Shown here: positions 23,926 through 35,565 of the stretch, piece by piece
How the letters are laid out: every line of letters begins with the position of its first letter
How positions within the stretch are numbered: the first letter of the stretch is position 1
Program-made: the position numbers and the translations under genes
The notes under the pieces: model-generated
Told to the model about the DNA's origin: nothing
What the model saw: the letters and a program-made list of their open reading frames with translations, nothing else
Database searches by the model: none
Assembly: GCF_001194135.2 (NCBI RefSeq)
Contig: NC_068985.1
Coordinates: forward strand, 119,444,794-119,482,692
Reading direction: 5' to 3'
DNA: 37,899 nucleotides
Origin: Octopus bimaculoides
Taxonomy: Eukaryota

Positions 23926-24396
23926 TCAAGTTACGTTGATTATTTTAACAGTCTGGTTCTTTCGTTTCCAAGATTCCCAGACAAAATAATGATAATTAAA
24001 TGCTTCAATACCAATAGCGTAAGTAATACTTATAAAAAATGTAACGAATATTAACCCGGGTACCATGAAATTAGGTTTTTCGAAGCTTAAGATAAATGTT
24101 GCGGCTGTAAACGTAACAAGACCCAAAAGGCAGAATATATCAGCAAAAAAATTCTCTTTGGCTTTCTTCGTTCCGGGATTTTTCAGGAATTCTGTAAATG
24201 GTTTTGTTTTTCGCACAACATCGTATTCATAACCGCACACCTCACACGAATTTTTTAATGAAGACATTAGCCATTTCTCGAGACACGAAAGATGGACTAT
24301 ACTCATAGTGCCGCGACAAAAACATGGAGAGACGAGATCAGTTGTACTATTAGATTCGTGACAAATACGACACGATGGATTCTCGTTTCCATCCAT
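23926..24396 (-). CDS. MARCH-family (RING-CH/RINGv) membrane-associated E3 ubiquitin ligase, MARCH2/3-like, 156 aa, uninterrupted CDS
   Basis: C-x2-C-x12-C-x-C-x7-H-x2-C-x12-C-x2-C (CRICH...SPCFCRGT...VHLSCLEKW...CEVC), two hydrophobic segments, and a C-terminal WESWKRKNQTV resembling MARCH2/3 EWRKTNQKV. ATG at 24396 has a good context (AAA ATG G). The track's upstream 50 codons look like UTR or intron. Confidence 0.88.
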   Translation of the reverse strand: MDGNENPSCRICHESNSTTDLVSPCFCRGTMSIVHLSCLEKWLMSSLKNSCEVCGYEYDVVRKTKPFTEFLKNPGTKKAKENFFADIFCLLGLVTFTAATFILSFEKPNFMVPGLIFVTFFISITYAIGIEAFNYHYFVWESWKRKNQTVKIINVT

Positions 24397-24960
24397 TTTG
24401 CCCTCTTTTCTCTTTGTTTTTCCTCTCAGATAATTTTTTCTATTAAAATTCGTACCTAAGCGAAAAACAAACTGATAATATCGACTGTATTGTGTGATCC
24501 AGCGAAAAAAAACCATGAAATACTTGAAGAAATTTAGTGTCATCAACCAGCTTTCATCTTACATTCAACCAACCTGCCCGAGTCCAGATATAACATATGG
24601 ATATTCAATATGATCAACAGATAAATCTATTAGTATAATAAATATCTATAAAAAGGAACTAATATCTTGGTATCGGCTCCTCGATCGTTTTCATTAACCC
24701 TTTAAATATATTGGTATTCCGCGTATTATACGCCCTATACCATTGCGTTTGTTTTGCTGTATAAAACACTGAAGTTATGACAACATACTTGGCGTTTGAT
24801 TGTGACGTGTTTATCAACTTCTTGAATTAACTTTGTTAGAAAAACAGAGGAAAAAATAATTTTTATGAATTTCTTTTCTTGCCTCTAGATATACACGTTT
24901 ATACACATACGTACACATACATGCACAAAAACACACTCACACAAACATATATACACGTAC

Positions 24961-25028
<68 letters not shown>

Positions 25029-25619
25029 CAGTGTATGTGTATGTATGTATGTATGTGAGTAAATATATATATATATATGTATAAATATATATATGCATGT
25101 ATACATGCATATATGTTTAAATATGTATGTGCATACTTATTCATACATACAAGCACACATACGTTTACATTTATATGAACACAAACACATGCATACATGG
25201 AAAACTGAAGCAATTATTTAAAGGTAAGTTTAAGAAATAACGGAACACTTATTGACGATGTTTTGACTCAGTAATGAGCGTAGAATCAAGTTTATAGTGA
25301 AACTTGTGACGACAAGGATTTCAATTTTCGGCTAGCAGCTCATTTTGAAGCTGCTCGCCACTGCTAGCAACTAATTTCATAGCTCTTGGACAGGTGGAAA
25401 ACAAATTAGAATCCAGTGAGATTTGCAGGATTTGAACAGAGAATGTGGCAGAAACCGACAGAAACTAGCTCTTCTATATTCTAATTCAGTGCTTCTGAAA
25501 GGTGGCGGTGCAACCTCTTAAGGAGCGGCAGAGAATTTTATATGGATCCTAGGTATAAAGGATGCTGGTGAGGGGTGTGGGACTAACACTTGGACACTGC
25601 GTTGATAGGTTTAAGTCGA

Positions 25620-25790
25620 ACAAATAATCAACACCAGTACATATATTTAAGTCTGGTAATTATTCTATCAATAACCTTTGCCGAACTGCTACATTTCGGA
25701 AGCGTAAACAAACCAACACTGGCTGTCAAGCAGTGGAGGTGAGTGAACAAACACGAACATAAAAACATACATACAAACGTACACACACAC
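25620..25790 (-). mobile_element. Family B SINE, 3' part, degenerate
   Basis: Reverse-complement similarity to 34950-35090 (ctttgccgaac, ctgtcaagc, tattctatc). Confidence 0.6.
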
Positions 25791-26497
25791 ACACACACAC
25801 ANNNNNNNNNNNNNNNNNNNNNNNNNNNNNNNNNNNNNNNNNNNNNNNNNNNNNNNNNNNNNNNNNNNNNNNNNNNNNNNNNNNNNNNNNNNNNNNNNNN
25901 NNNNNNNNNNNNNNNNNNNNNNNNNNNNNNNNNNNNNNNNNNNNNNNNNNNNNNNNNNNNNNNNNNNNNNNNNNNNNNNNNNNNNNNNNNNNNNNNNNNN
26001 NNNNNNNNNNNNNNNNNNNNNNNNNNNNNNNNNNNNNNNNNNNNNNNNNNNNNNNNNNNNNNNNNNNNNNNNNNNNNNNNNNNNNNNNNNNNNNNNNNNN
26101 NNNNNNNNNNNNNNNNNNNNNNNNNNNNNNNNNNNNNNNNNNNNNNNNNNNNNNNNNNNNNNNNNNNNNNNNNNNNNNNNNNNNNNNNNNNNNNNNNNNN
26201 NNNNNNNNNNNNNNNNNNNNNNNNNNNNNNNNNNNNNNNNNNNNNNNNNNNNNNNNNNNNNNNNNNNNNNNNNNNNNNNNNNNNNNNNNNNNNNNNNNNN
26301 NNNNNNNNNNNNNNNNNNNNNNNNNNNNNNNNNNNNNNNNNNNNNNNNNNNNNNNNNNNNNNNNNNNNNNNNNNNNNNATATATAAAACTTAAATATAAG
26401 GATAAAATCAATATAAGATTTTATCGAGTAGCCAGCGTGTAAAACCAATTAAGGTAAAAAATTTATATTAAGTACACAATTTTTAAAAATACATTAT

Positions 26498-26764
26498 TAC
26501 ATTAACGGCTGTTACTATAAGTAAAACAACACGCCGGAAAAGGACGATAAAGTCAAACTAGTTTATCAAAATGCACACACGTGCTGAAGTCCAGGAAAAG
26601 AACAAAGAAAAAAAAACTCTTTCAAGATGGTTCAGTTGCATATTGAAACGATTTAATGATCAGTGCTGTAACACGCTCTCCACTCGTCAGTGCAAACATA
26701 ACCAGCGTGTGTATATTTTGATAAAGTAGTTTTACTTTACCGCAGCGTAACAGCCCTTAATGTA
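26498..26764. mobile_element. MITE-like element with imperfect long terminal inverted repeats
   Basis: Outer arms TACATTAACGGCTGTTAC / GTAACAGCCCTTAATGTA (17 of 18 match). Inner arms 26548-26581 and 26706-26739 have few mismatches. Confidence 0.7.
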
Positions 26765-26944
26765 TAAATAATAGCCATACCTTTCCACAGATCTCATCCT
26801 ATCGTGATAAATAGAAGCACATTGGTCAATGTAAATAATTCCTGATATGCAACAAAGACCGAATGGTCACGGATGGCATCTTTTTGATCACTTACTTGTC
26901 TGGCACCGCCATCATTACCATCGTCTGCGTCGCAGGGAAATTAA

Positions 26945-27001
26945 CTCACGACCTTGCCATCGTGAGCCGGTTAACCCTAACCACTAAGCCACGCGCCTTC
27001 A
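26945..27001 (-). mobile_element. tRNA-like SINE head relic (related heads at 18470-18545 and 37560-37635)
   Basis: Minus strand gaaggcgcgtggcttagtggttaggg...ggctcacgat, with an A-box-like TGGCTTAGTGG. Confidence 0.6.
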
Positions 27002-27487
27002 CTTCAACAATAACAACAGCATAAATATACCAAAGTGTTTACTGTATTACAATTCTTTTGGCTGGAAATTTTAACATGGCTGCCGTCTCCTCACGAACTT
27101 ATATAATGGAGTATATTGCCAAGAGTAAATGACTACAGGCGTTCAATACATGATGTAATTATTTTGAATTACATATTTCTTATTGTGATTCCCTACTGGC
27201 CGCGGGATTTATGCCAGAAAAATGATAATTTAGCATCAGAATTTGTTTTATCCATCGTCAGTGTCATTATATTCTCTTTCTCATAAATCCCTTACTGCAG
27301 ATTAAATAATCCGGACATCTCTAGTCTTTTCAATCAAACAATTCGCCTGCCTATTTGCCTGCATATTTGCCTGCCAGCCTACTAATCGACCTACCGACTG
27401 GTTTACCGACCGGCTGTCTCTCTACCTACTCACTACATACGCAATATTTTCTACCCTCTTATAAATACGGCATGCCTTCCCCTTTGC

Positions 27488-27576
<89 letters not shown>

Positions 27577-27709
27577 GAAATATTACAATGAATACAGAGA
27601 TTAATAGGACGAATTTCAAGGCGGGACTAGCAATCATTTAGCTTCATTTAAGGATAGAAAGAAAATGCATAGCACGACAAGCTTAAGTGAATTTATCTTG
27701 TCTCTAAAG

Positions 27710-28067
27710 CAGTGGTTCCCAAACTATGAGTCGCGACCCACTGATGGGTCGCGAACAGAATCCTCGTGGGTCGCAAAAAGTTATAAAATTACGCATTAGC
27801 TTTGATTAACTGCTGTCTATCGAGATAGTTCATGACTCATGTTTTCAATACCAGACTGGTTGTTTTATCAAGCAGTAGGCTTTTTAAAATTCTATTGTTG
27901 AGCGTAGCAAGAAACAGGCTCATCCTTCTCGCAGGCCTCAATGAAAATGTAAGCTGAAATACATTTGTTTCTTTCATTAATGTTTTTATCCAGTAGAGTT
28001 AAGTGGGTCGCCATAAACTGGTGTCATAAATAGTGGGTCGCGTCTCTAAAAAGTTTGGGAACCACTG
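27710..28067. mobile_element. hAT (Charlie-like) MITE, 358 bp
   Basis: Perfect 16-bp TIR CAGTGGTTCCCAAACT, perfect 8-bp TSD CTCTAAAG (27702-27709, 28068-28075), and repeated subterminal GGGTCGC motifs. Confidence 0.95.
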
Positions 28068-28699
28068 CTCTAAAGGTTAGAAGTATTAACTTTACTATAG
28101 AATGGGGAATACTAAGTGGAGCAGCTCCTTTCATAATCGGAGGAAAATGCAATTTATCCCCAGAAGAAACATTCCATATTTTTCACCTCTAAGCACCAGT
28201 TACTAAATAGTAAGTGGGAGCTAGCCCTAAGGTGTATTAAATTCATTTTATAAGATTATAACTTCGGAGATTTGTCGGTGAATGGTTTCCTCAAACTGAG
28301 TCCCGTAGTCTTATAAACTGGATATATTCTTGGATCCGTCATATGAATGGAATAATATCATTGGCATGTAGGTGTGATTTCTGCAATATAGTGTAATTTT
28401 GCTTTCCACGATGTATATACATTAAATATGATACATAAATGGGTATTTTAATCTAATAATGCGCTTGTTGCAAAAAACGGATACAGAACAGTATCTTAAG
28501 TAAATTGAGATACTGAGATACTAAGAAGCTTAGAAACATTAAACTGAGACATATAAATTATTGTGTGCCCAAACGTACATGCATGTATGTGTGTGTGTGT
28601 GTGTGTGTCTATATATATGTATGTGTGTGTATATATATATATGTGTGTATGTGTGTGTGTAAATACATGTATGTATGTATCTATCTACTTAACTATCTG

Positions 28700-28754
<55 letters not shown>

Positions 28755-29254
28755 GTCTATCTATCTATCAATCAAATTTTACAAAAAGAGGTACACACAT
28801 TAGACACAGGAAAAAACAATTTATGCATATAAATCATAAAGAAACACATGCAGGTACCATCACCTTTCCACAAATGACCATATGAAACAGAAAATCGCAA
28901 CCAGAAACTGCTCGTTACACCAACCATCTACAATGAAGAAAAAATAAAATAAATAAATAAATAAAGTAGAATAAAATAAAGAAAAACGTTAATACCTATG
29001 AATGATATTCACTATAGAAAATCGTATTTGGCAATCCTTATATCTATTGCTATATTCCACTAAACCGTATTGAATGGTATATAAAAATCACTTAAAAAAC
29101 AAAAATATCTAAAAAAAAAAAAATCATTCGGGTCCTTATACAAACATAGGTTTCTCATCAGCTAATTTTTGACTATGGCACACTCTTACCTGAATATACG
29201 TTGCTGAAAATAGGGTGCATCGCATATGCTTGTGCGCCTTTTATGCCATCAAAT

Positions 29255-29601
29255 ACGTTGTTGTTGTTGGCACTCCGTCGCTTACGACGTCGAGGGTTCC
29301 AGTTGATCCGATCCACGGAACAGCCTGCTCATGAAATTAACGTGCAAGTGGCTGAGCACTCCACAGACACGTGTACCCTTAACGTAGTTCTCGGGGAGAT
29401 TCAGCATGACACAGTGTGACAAGGCTGACCCTTTGAACTACAAGCACAACTGAAACAGGGAGTAAGAGTGAGAGAAAGTTGTGGTGGAAGAGTACAGCAG
29501 GGTTCGCCACCATCCCCTGCCGGAGCCACGTGGAGCTTAAGGTGTTTTCGCTCAATAAACACTCACAACGCCCGGTCTGGGAATCGAAACCGCGATCCTT
29601 G
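29255..29601 (-). mobile_element. Family C SINE, 5'-truncated head with B-box and (AAC)n tail
   Basis: The minus strand starts aggatcgcggtttcgattccc (B-box) and ends gagtgccaacaacaacaac. Confidence 0.8.
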
Positions 29602-30863
29602 CTAAATAAAAGGGTCGTGGGTAAACGTAAATAAGGCGTAACCTAGTGGTCTACGGGTTCGCTCTCGGATCATGAGATCGCAGGTTCTGTCTTGTTGTGA
29701 GACGTCATGAATGCATTTTTTTCCCTCTTTCTTTCTTCTTTTTTTTTTTTGATTTCGTTCATAGTTTCTGGTGGAAAGAAACTTTATGAATGAAAATGTA
29801 TGGATGAAAAGAGTATGAAAGTTAATTTTACTCGTGAATTTGTTTAAGAGTGCATGTGAAGTGTCTGAAGAATAATTAGATATTTTAAACTATAGTGCAA
29901 TGAGATGATGCATAGGTAGTTTAATTTCCTCGAAACTCCTCAAGGAAACCGACGGAGGTCCCTTTATATGATTAAAACAACAAAAAACAACAACAAAAAA
30001 GAGATAACCAAAGCGTTGGTGGCTAAAGTTACAAAAACAATTTCCAAACACAGATGTTGTCATTGCCACCATCATCGTCACCACCACCACCACCACCACA
30101 GCCACCACCACCACCACCNNNNNNNNNNNNNNNNNNNNNNNNNNNNNNNNNNNNNNNNNNNNNNNNNNNNNNNNNNNNNNNNNNNNNNNNNNNNNNNNNN
30201 NNNNNNNNNNNNNNNNNNNNNNNNNNNNNNNNNNNNNNNNNNNNNNNNNNNNNNNNNNNNNNNNNNNNNNNNNNNNNNNNNNNNNNNNNNNNNNNNNNNN
30301 NNNNNNNNNNNNNNNNNNNNNNNNNNNNNNNNNNNNNNNNNNNNNNNNNNNNNNNNNNNNNNNNNNNNNNNNNNNNNNNNNNNNNNNNNNNNNNNNNNNN
30401 NNNNNNNNNNNNNNNNNNNNNNNNNNNNNNNNNNNNNNNNNNNNNNNNNNNNNNNNNNNNNNNNNNNNNNNNNNNNNNNNNNNNNNNNNNNNNNNNNNNN
30501 NNNNNNNNNNNNNNNNNNNNNNNNNNNNNNNNNNNNNNNNNNNNNNNNNNNNNNNNNNNNNNNNNNNNNNNNNNNNNNNNNNNNNNNNNNNNNNNNNNNN
30601 NNNNNNNNNNNNNNNNNNNNNNNNNNNNNNNNNNNNNNNNNNNNNNNNNNNNNNNNNNNNNNNNNNNNNNNNNNNNNNNNNNNNNNNNNNNNNNNNNNNN
30701 NNNNNNNNNNNNNNNNNNNNNNNNNNNNNNNNNNNNNNNNNNNNNNNNNNNNNNNNNNNNNNNNNNNNNNNNNNNNNNNNNNNNNNNNNNNNNNNNNNNN
30801 NNNNNNNNNNNNNNNNNNNNNNNNNNNNNNNNNNNNNNNNNNNNNNNGATGATGAAGATGAAA

Positions 30864-30924
<61 letters not shown>

Positions 30925-31060
30925 TAATAATAAAAATAATAATAATGGCAATCGTAACAGCTATAGGCAAACACATCTGAACATTAGCTTCATATAGCTG
31001 AATGACAGAGAAAGAGGCAGAGCGAGAGACAGAGAGAGAGGAGGAGAAGATAGAAAGAGT

Positions 31061-31111
<51 letters not shown>

Positions 31112-31536
31112 AAAAAGAGAGCACTTCCGGAATGACATTTAACTCTGTTTCTTAAAACGGACATTGAATCCATTTTTCTGTTGATGGAAATAAAATTAAC
31201 TGATTTTGACAGAAAATCGCATTTATAGAGTGGAAAAGTATTTTTATAACAGTTATTTTACATCATTATAGCAGCTATTAATGTATTCGGATAGCTATCA
31301 TTGAATGAGGGGTGGAGCGGTTGGGTTGAAAGCCGGCTGGGTGTTAGCGATGGAAGTTTTGGTGATGCTGTAGGTGATATTTGTGTTGGCAGTGTAGCAA
31401 AAATGATGCCGTTAGTGATGATATTAGGAAGTAGAGGTTTTTCAGACATCCGAATTGAAATGATTTGTGGATATGGCGACTACATATACATATATACATA
31501 CATACATACATATATACATTTATATATTTATACACA

Positions 31537-31568
<32 letters not shown>

Positions 31569-32077
31569 NNNNNNNNNNNNNNNNNNNNNNNNNNNNNNNN
31601 NNNNNNNNNNNNNNNNNNNNNNNNNNNNNNNNNNNNNNNNNNNNNNNNNNNNNNNNNNNNNNNNNNNNNNNNNNNNNNNNNNNNNNNNNNNNNNNNNNNN
31701 NNNNNNNNNNNNNNNNNNNNNNNNNNNNNNNNNNNNNNNNNNNNNNNNNNNNNNNNNNNNNNNNNNNNNNNNNNNNNNNNNNNNNNNNNNNNNNNNNNNN
31801 NNNNNNNNNNNNNNNNNNNNNNNNNNNNNNNNNNNNNNNNNNNNNNNNNNNNNNNNNNNNNNNNNNNNNNNNNNNNNNNNNNNNNNNNNNNNNNNNNNNN
31901 NNNNNNNNNNNNNNNNNNNNNNNNNNNNNNNNNNNNNNNNNNNNNNNNNNNNNNNNNNNNNNNNNNNNNNNNNNNNNNNNNNNNNNNNNNNNNNNNNNNN
32001 NNNNNNNNNNNNNNNNNNNNNNNNNNNNNNNNNNNNNNNNNNNNNNNNNNNNNNNNNNNNNNNNNNNNNNNNNNNNN

Positions 32078-32128
<51 letters not shown>

Positions 32129-32639
32129 ATATGTATGTGTTTGTGTATATCCATCTATATGTATATTTTTAAACAAACATGTATAGTTTATATATTCCTA
32201 TATACATGTGTGTTCCTATATAGACATATAAATGTTATGTATGTATGCGCGTGTATGTGTGCATGTGTGTGCGTGTGTGTGCACGAGCGTGTATGTGCAC
32301 GAGCGTGTATGTGAGAGCGTGCATGTTTATACTTAAACATATACTCAGCCACACGCATGCATATCTTTCTCAATCATTCTATCATAAAGAACGAATAGAT
32401 GGCTTTTATCTTTGGTTTCTGCTACGTGAAACACATAATGGATAGAACGCTATCTCAATTCGTCTCTGATCTTTATATTCTGTTTCCTCCTCCCATCTGT
32501 TGGACTTGATTTATCATCCAAAACTTCTATGCGGGAAAAGAACTCAACGTAACACTGCAAAAACTAAAGAAACATTCGACAATTTATTAGCACTCCCTCT
32601 GACATATAGTGGTAATTTCGTGCTGTGCCCCGTGCCGAC

Positions 32640-33351
32640 TGAATAAGGTCAAAAGACAGGAAACTCAGAACAACGGAATGCTATAAACAGAAACTGACCC
32701 ACTTATTAAATATTTACACTGTCCCAGTATTTGAAATTCTATTTTACTTTGTTCGTTTCAAAAACCCACTTAAAACGAAATTTCATACAATAAAAAAAAA
32801 ATGTGTTATTTTTCATTTGTTGACTTATTTAACACCATCGGTCTTCGATTTGTCTTAATTTTGCTGTTATATTCTTATTTCTTTATTGGATTTTTTTTCG
32901 TTTAATTCTTTAATCCAACATTTTTCTTTTCGTATCTAACCTGGACATGTGTGCCAAATAATGAATGTGTTCCCTGCTTGATAAACTAGCACAGCAAAGA
33001 GAGGGTGAGTGAGCTTTGCTGTAATAACTCCGAATGCTAGAAACAGAAACTAAATTTCTTTCGGATAACACACCATGATCTTAAACCAAGTAAGATACTT
33101 TAGGCCAGTGGTTTCTCTACTGGGGTTCATATGGCCCTTGGCGGTCCACGTAAGATTTTCTTGTTAAAATTTAGACACAATAAGCTTGTTATATTTCTAC
33201 AATACACAAAACATTTTAGCATTTTTTGATACAATTCCTAATAATATTTAATCTTAAATATAATAGGCCTCCCTACCCTGAGTAAAATAGGAATTAAAGT
33301 AGTCCATAGGCAAAAATTGGTTGAGAATCATTGCGTTAGATAAAGTATTTT

Positions 33352-33422
<71 letters not shown>

Positions 33423-34310
33423 CACACACACACACACACAATCACATACACACATGCATCCTTTAAGAGACGAAATGTTAACCACTGGAATAGCTAGGGG
33501 ATGATTACCGCAGGTTGTAGGCTCACATAAACCAAGATTGACCTGGGGCTTATCATCAGAACGGAGATGAAAGTGGAAGGAGATATCTTTGAGAGCTGCC
33601 TAGGTCTTGTTCATTGTCGAACAGTCCACAACATCTATAATCATAGACATTCCAGCCGTGGCCATCCCATGTTATTTTTAGACAGAGTCTATCAAGGTTT
33701 ACATTATCAAGGTGTCCTTGGTTTTCTCAGATAATATATTGTGATCTGATGACAATTTGGTGGCTATCACTTGCAATTCAATCTTATAGAAATACTCCAA
33801 CGTTGTCATGTATCTATAGCAGTTTGGGCAGTGATATCTCTTCCACACCCATCCCTGTCCCCATTTATTCTCTGACTCTCTCTATTTCTCAATGACTCTC
33901 TTTGACTGTCTGTCTCTCGCGACCACTTACTCTCTCTGTAAACCTCCTACTAACCTTCTCTTTGTTGTACTAGTTTATCAAGCTGGGAACACATTCATTA
34001 TTTGGCACACATGTCCAGGTTAGATATGAAAAAAAAAAGTTGGATTAAAGAATTAAATGAAAAAAAAATGCTATAAAGAAATAAGAATACAACAGCAAAA
34101 TTAGGACAAATCGAAGGCCGATAAATAAGTCAACAAATGAAATATAACACATTTTTTTTTATTGTGTGTAATTTCGTTTTAAGTGGGTTTCTGTACACAC
34201 TGTTGTAACGAACAAAGTAAAATAGAATTCCAAATACTGGGATAGTGTAAATATTTAATAAGTTTATAGCATTCCGTTGTTCTGAGTTTCCTGTCTTTTG
34301 ACCTTATTCA
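32640..34310. repeat. Foldback structure: ~365-bp inverted arms (32640-33010, 33948-34310) around a ~940-bp spacer
   Basis: The outer 49 bp are a perfect inverted match (32640-32688 vs 34262-34310). The remainder is co-linear with scattered substitutions and indels of about 14, 12 and 6 bp. Confidence 0.93.
33106..33333. mobile_element. Old hAT-type MITE nested in the foldback spacer
   Basis: Degenerate TIRs CAGTGGTTTCTC / GAGAATCATTG. The 8-bp flanks ctttaggc and cgttagat match at 5 of 8 positions. Confidence 0.55.
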
Positions 34311-34745
34311 TACGCACACACGCACACATAATGGGCTGATGCTTTCGGTAGTTACTTTATGTTTGAAAATACTCGATCTATCGGACAACTTTACTGGACT
34401 GTGACAAAGCAACAACAATAAAAAAATACAAGCAAAAAAAAGAAACAAACGAAAATGCTTTAACTCAAGATGGTGCTGATTGAAAATAATTGACAAAAAA
34501 GTATATTGAGTAGATGCACACTTAGGACATACATCGAGTTAAATTAAAACAAGATAAATGCAACCCATCTATTTATTTGGGTACGAATATAAATGTTATA
34601 CTACATCCCTTTCAAAACACATTTGGTCCCTAATGAACATTAGAGAAAGCAACTTCACAATAAAATCGGGAAGTATGGGCAACTGAAAACTTAAGATTCT
34701 AATTCTACTAAGCTGCGTCTTAAACAGAGGAGAAGAAAAAAACTT

Positions 34746-35147
34746 TCACAGGCGTGATTGTGTAGTAAGACGCTTGTTTCCAAACAACATGGTTCCGGGT
34801 TCAGTCCCACTCAGTGGCATCTTGGGCAAGTGTCTTCTTCTATAGACTCGGACCGACCAAAGCCTTGTGAATGGATTTGGTAAACGGAAACTGAAAGAAG
34901 CCCGTCGTATATATGTATATACATGTATGTATGTAAATGTGTTTTGTGTCTGTGTCTGTCCTCCCACCATGGCTTGACAATCGATGTTGGTAATTTTACA
35001 TCCCCGCAACTAAGTGGTTCGGCAAAAGAGACCGATAGAATAAGTACTAGGCTTACAAAGAATAAGTCCTGGGGATCTATTTGTACGACTAAAGGCGGTG
35101 CTCCAGCATGGCCGCAGTCAGATGACTGAAACAAGTAAGGAATAATA
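34746..35147 (+). mobile_element. Full-length family B tRNA-derived SINE with internal TA/TG tract
   Basis: Head ggcgtgattgtgtagtaag...ggttccgggttcagtccc, body cttgggcaagtgtcttc, end gactgaaacaagtaa. Fragments also occur at about 2310-2352 and 5735-5810 (minus). Confidence 0.85.
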
Positions 35148-35181
35148 CAGTTCCGCATTTAAGAGATGAGGAATTATGTAC

Positions 35182-35345
35182 CTTATTTAGATTATTTACA
35201 TTATTTACATTTGACGGATATTTGTCCTCATCTTGTTTGTTGTTAACACAACGTTTCGGCTGATATATCCTCCAGCCTTCATCAGGTGTCTTGGAGAAAT
35301 TTCAAACCTGGGTTCTCATTCCTAAGGTATTTTTCGATGTTATTA

Positions 35346-35384
<39 letters not shown>

Positions 35385-35470
35385 TCATTGCCTGGAATCG
35401 AATTCGGAATCTTGGGGTTAAGAGCGCGGGCTAATAACCGTAAGTTTCCGAGTTCGACTCCAGGCAGTGA

Positions 35471-35541
<71 letters not shown>

Positions 35542-35565
35542 GTAAGATGAGAACAAATATCCGTC
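35182..35565. mobile_element. Head-to-head pair of tRNA-headed SINE-like copies; the minus copy carries a hammerhead motif, the plus copy lacks that segment
   Basis: Minus copy about 35185-35410: taaccccaagattccgaattcgattccaggcaatgacctg-(aat)n-body-(tgtaaataa)n. Plus copy from about 35411: agagcgcgggctaataacc...gagttcgactccaggcagtgacctg-(aat)n-aagatgagaacaaatatccgtc. Confidence 0.75.
35245..35290 (-). ncRNA. Minimal type I hammerhead-ribozyme motif (repeated at 36256-36301)
   Basis: GACAC-CTGATGA-A-GGCTG-gaggatatat-CAGCC-GAAAC-GTT-GTGTT: stem I 5 bp (one GU), stem II 5 perfect bp, loopless palindromic stem III AACGTT, GUU triplet. Confidence 0.7.

Noticed and set aside
24397-24546. 50-codon N-terminal extension of the RING-CH ORF
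   Set aside because: AT-rich, contains a good splice acceptor, and has no MARCH-like features; the downstream ATG has the better context.
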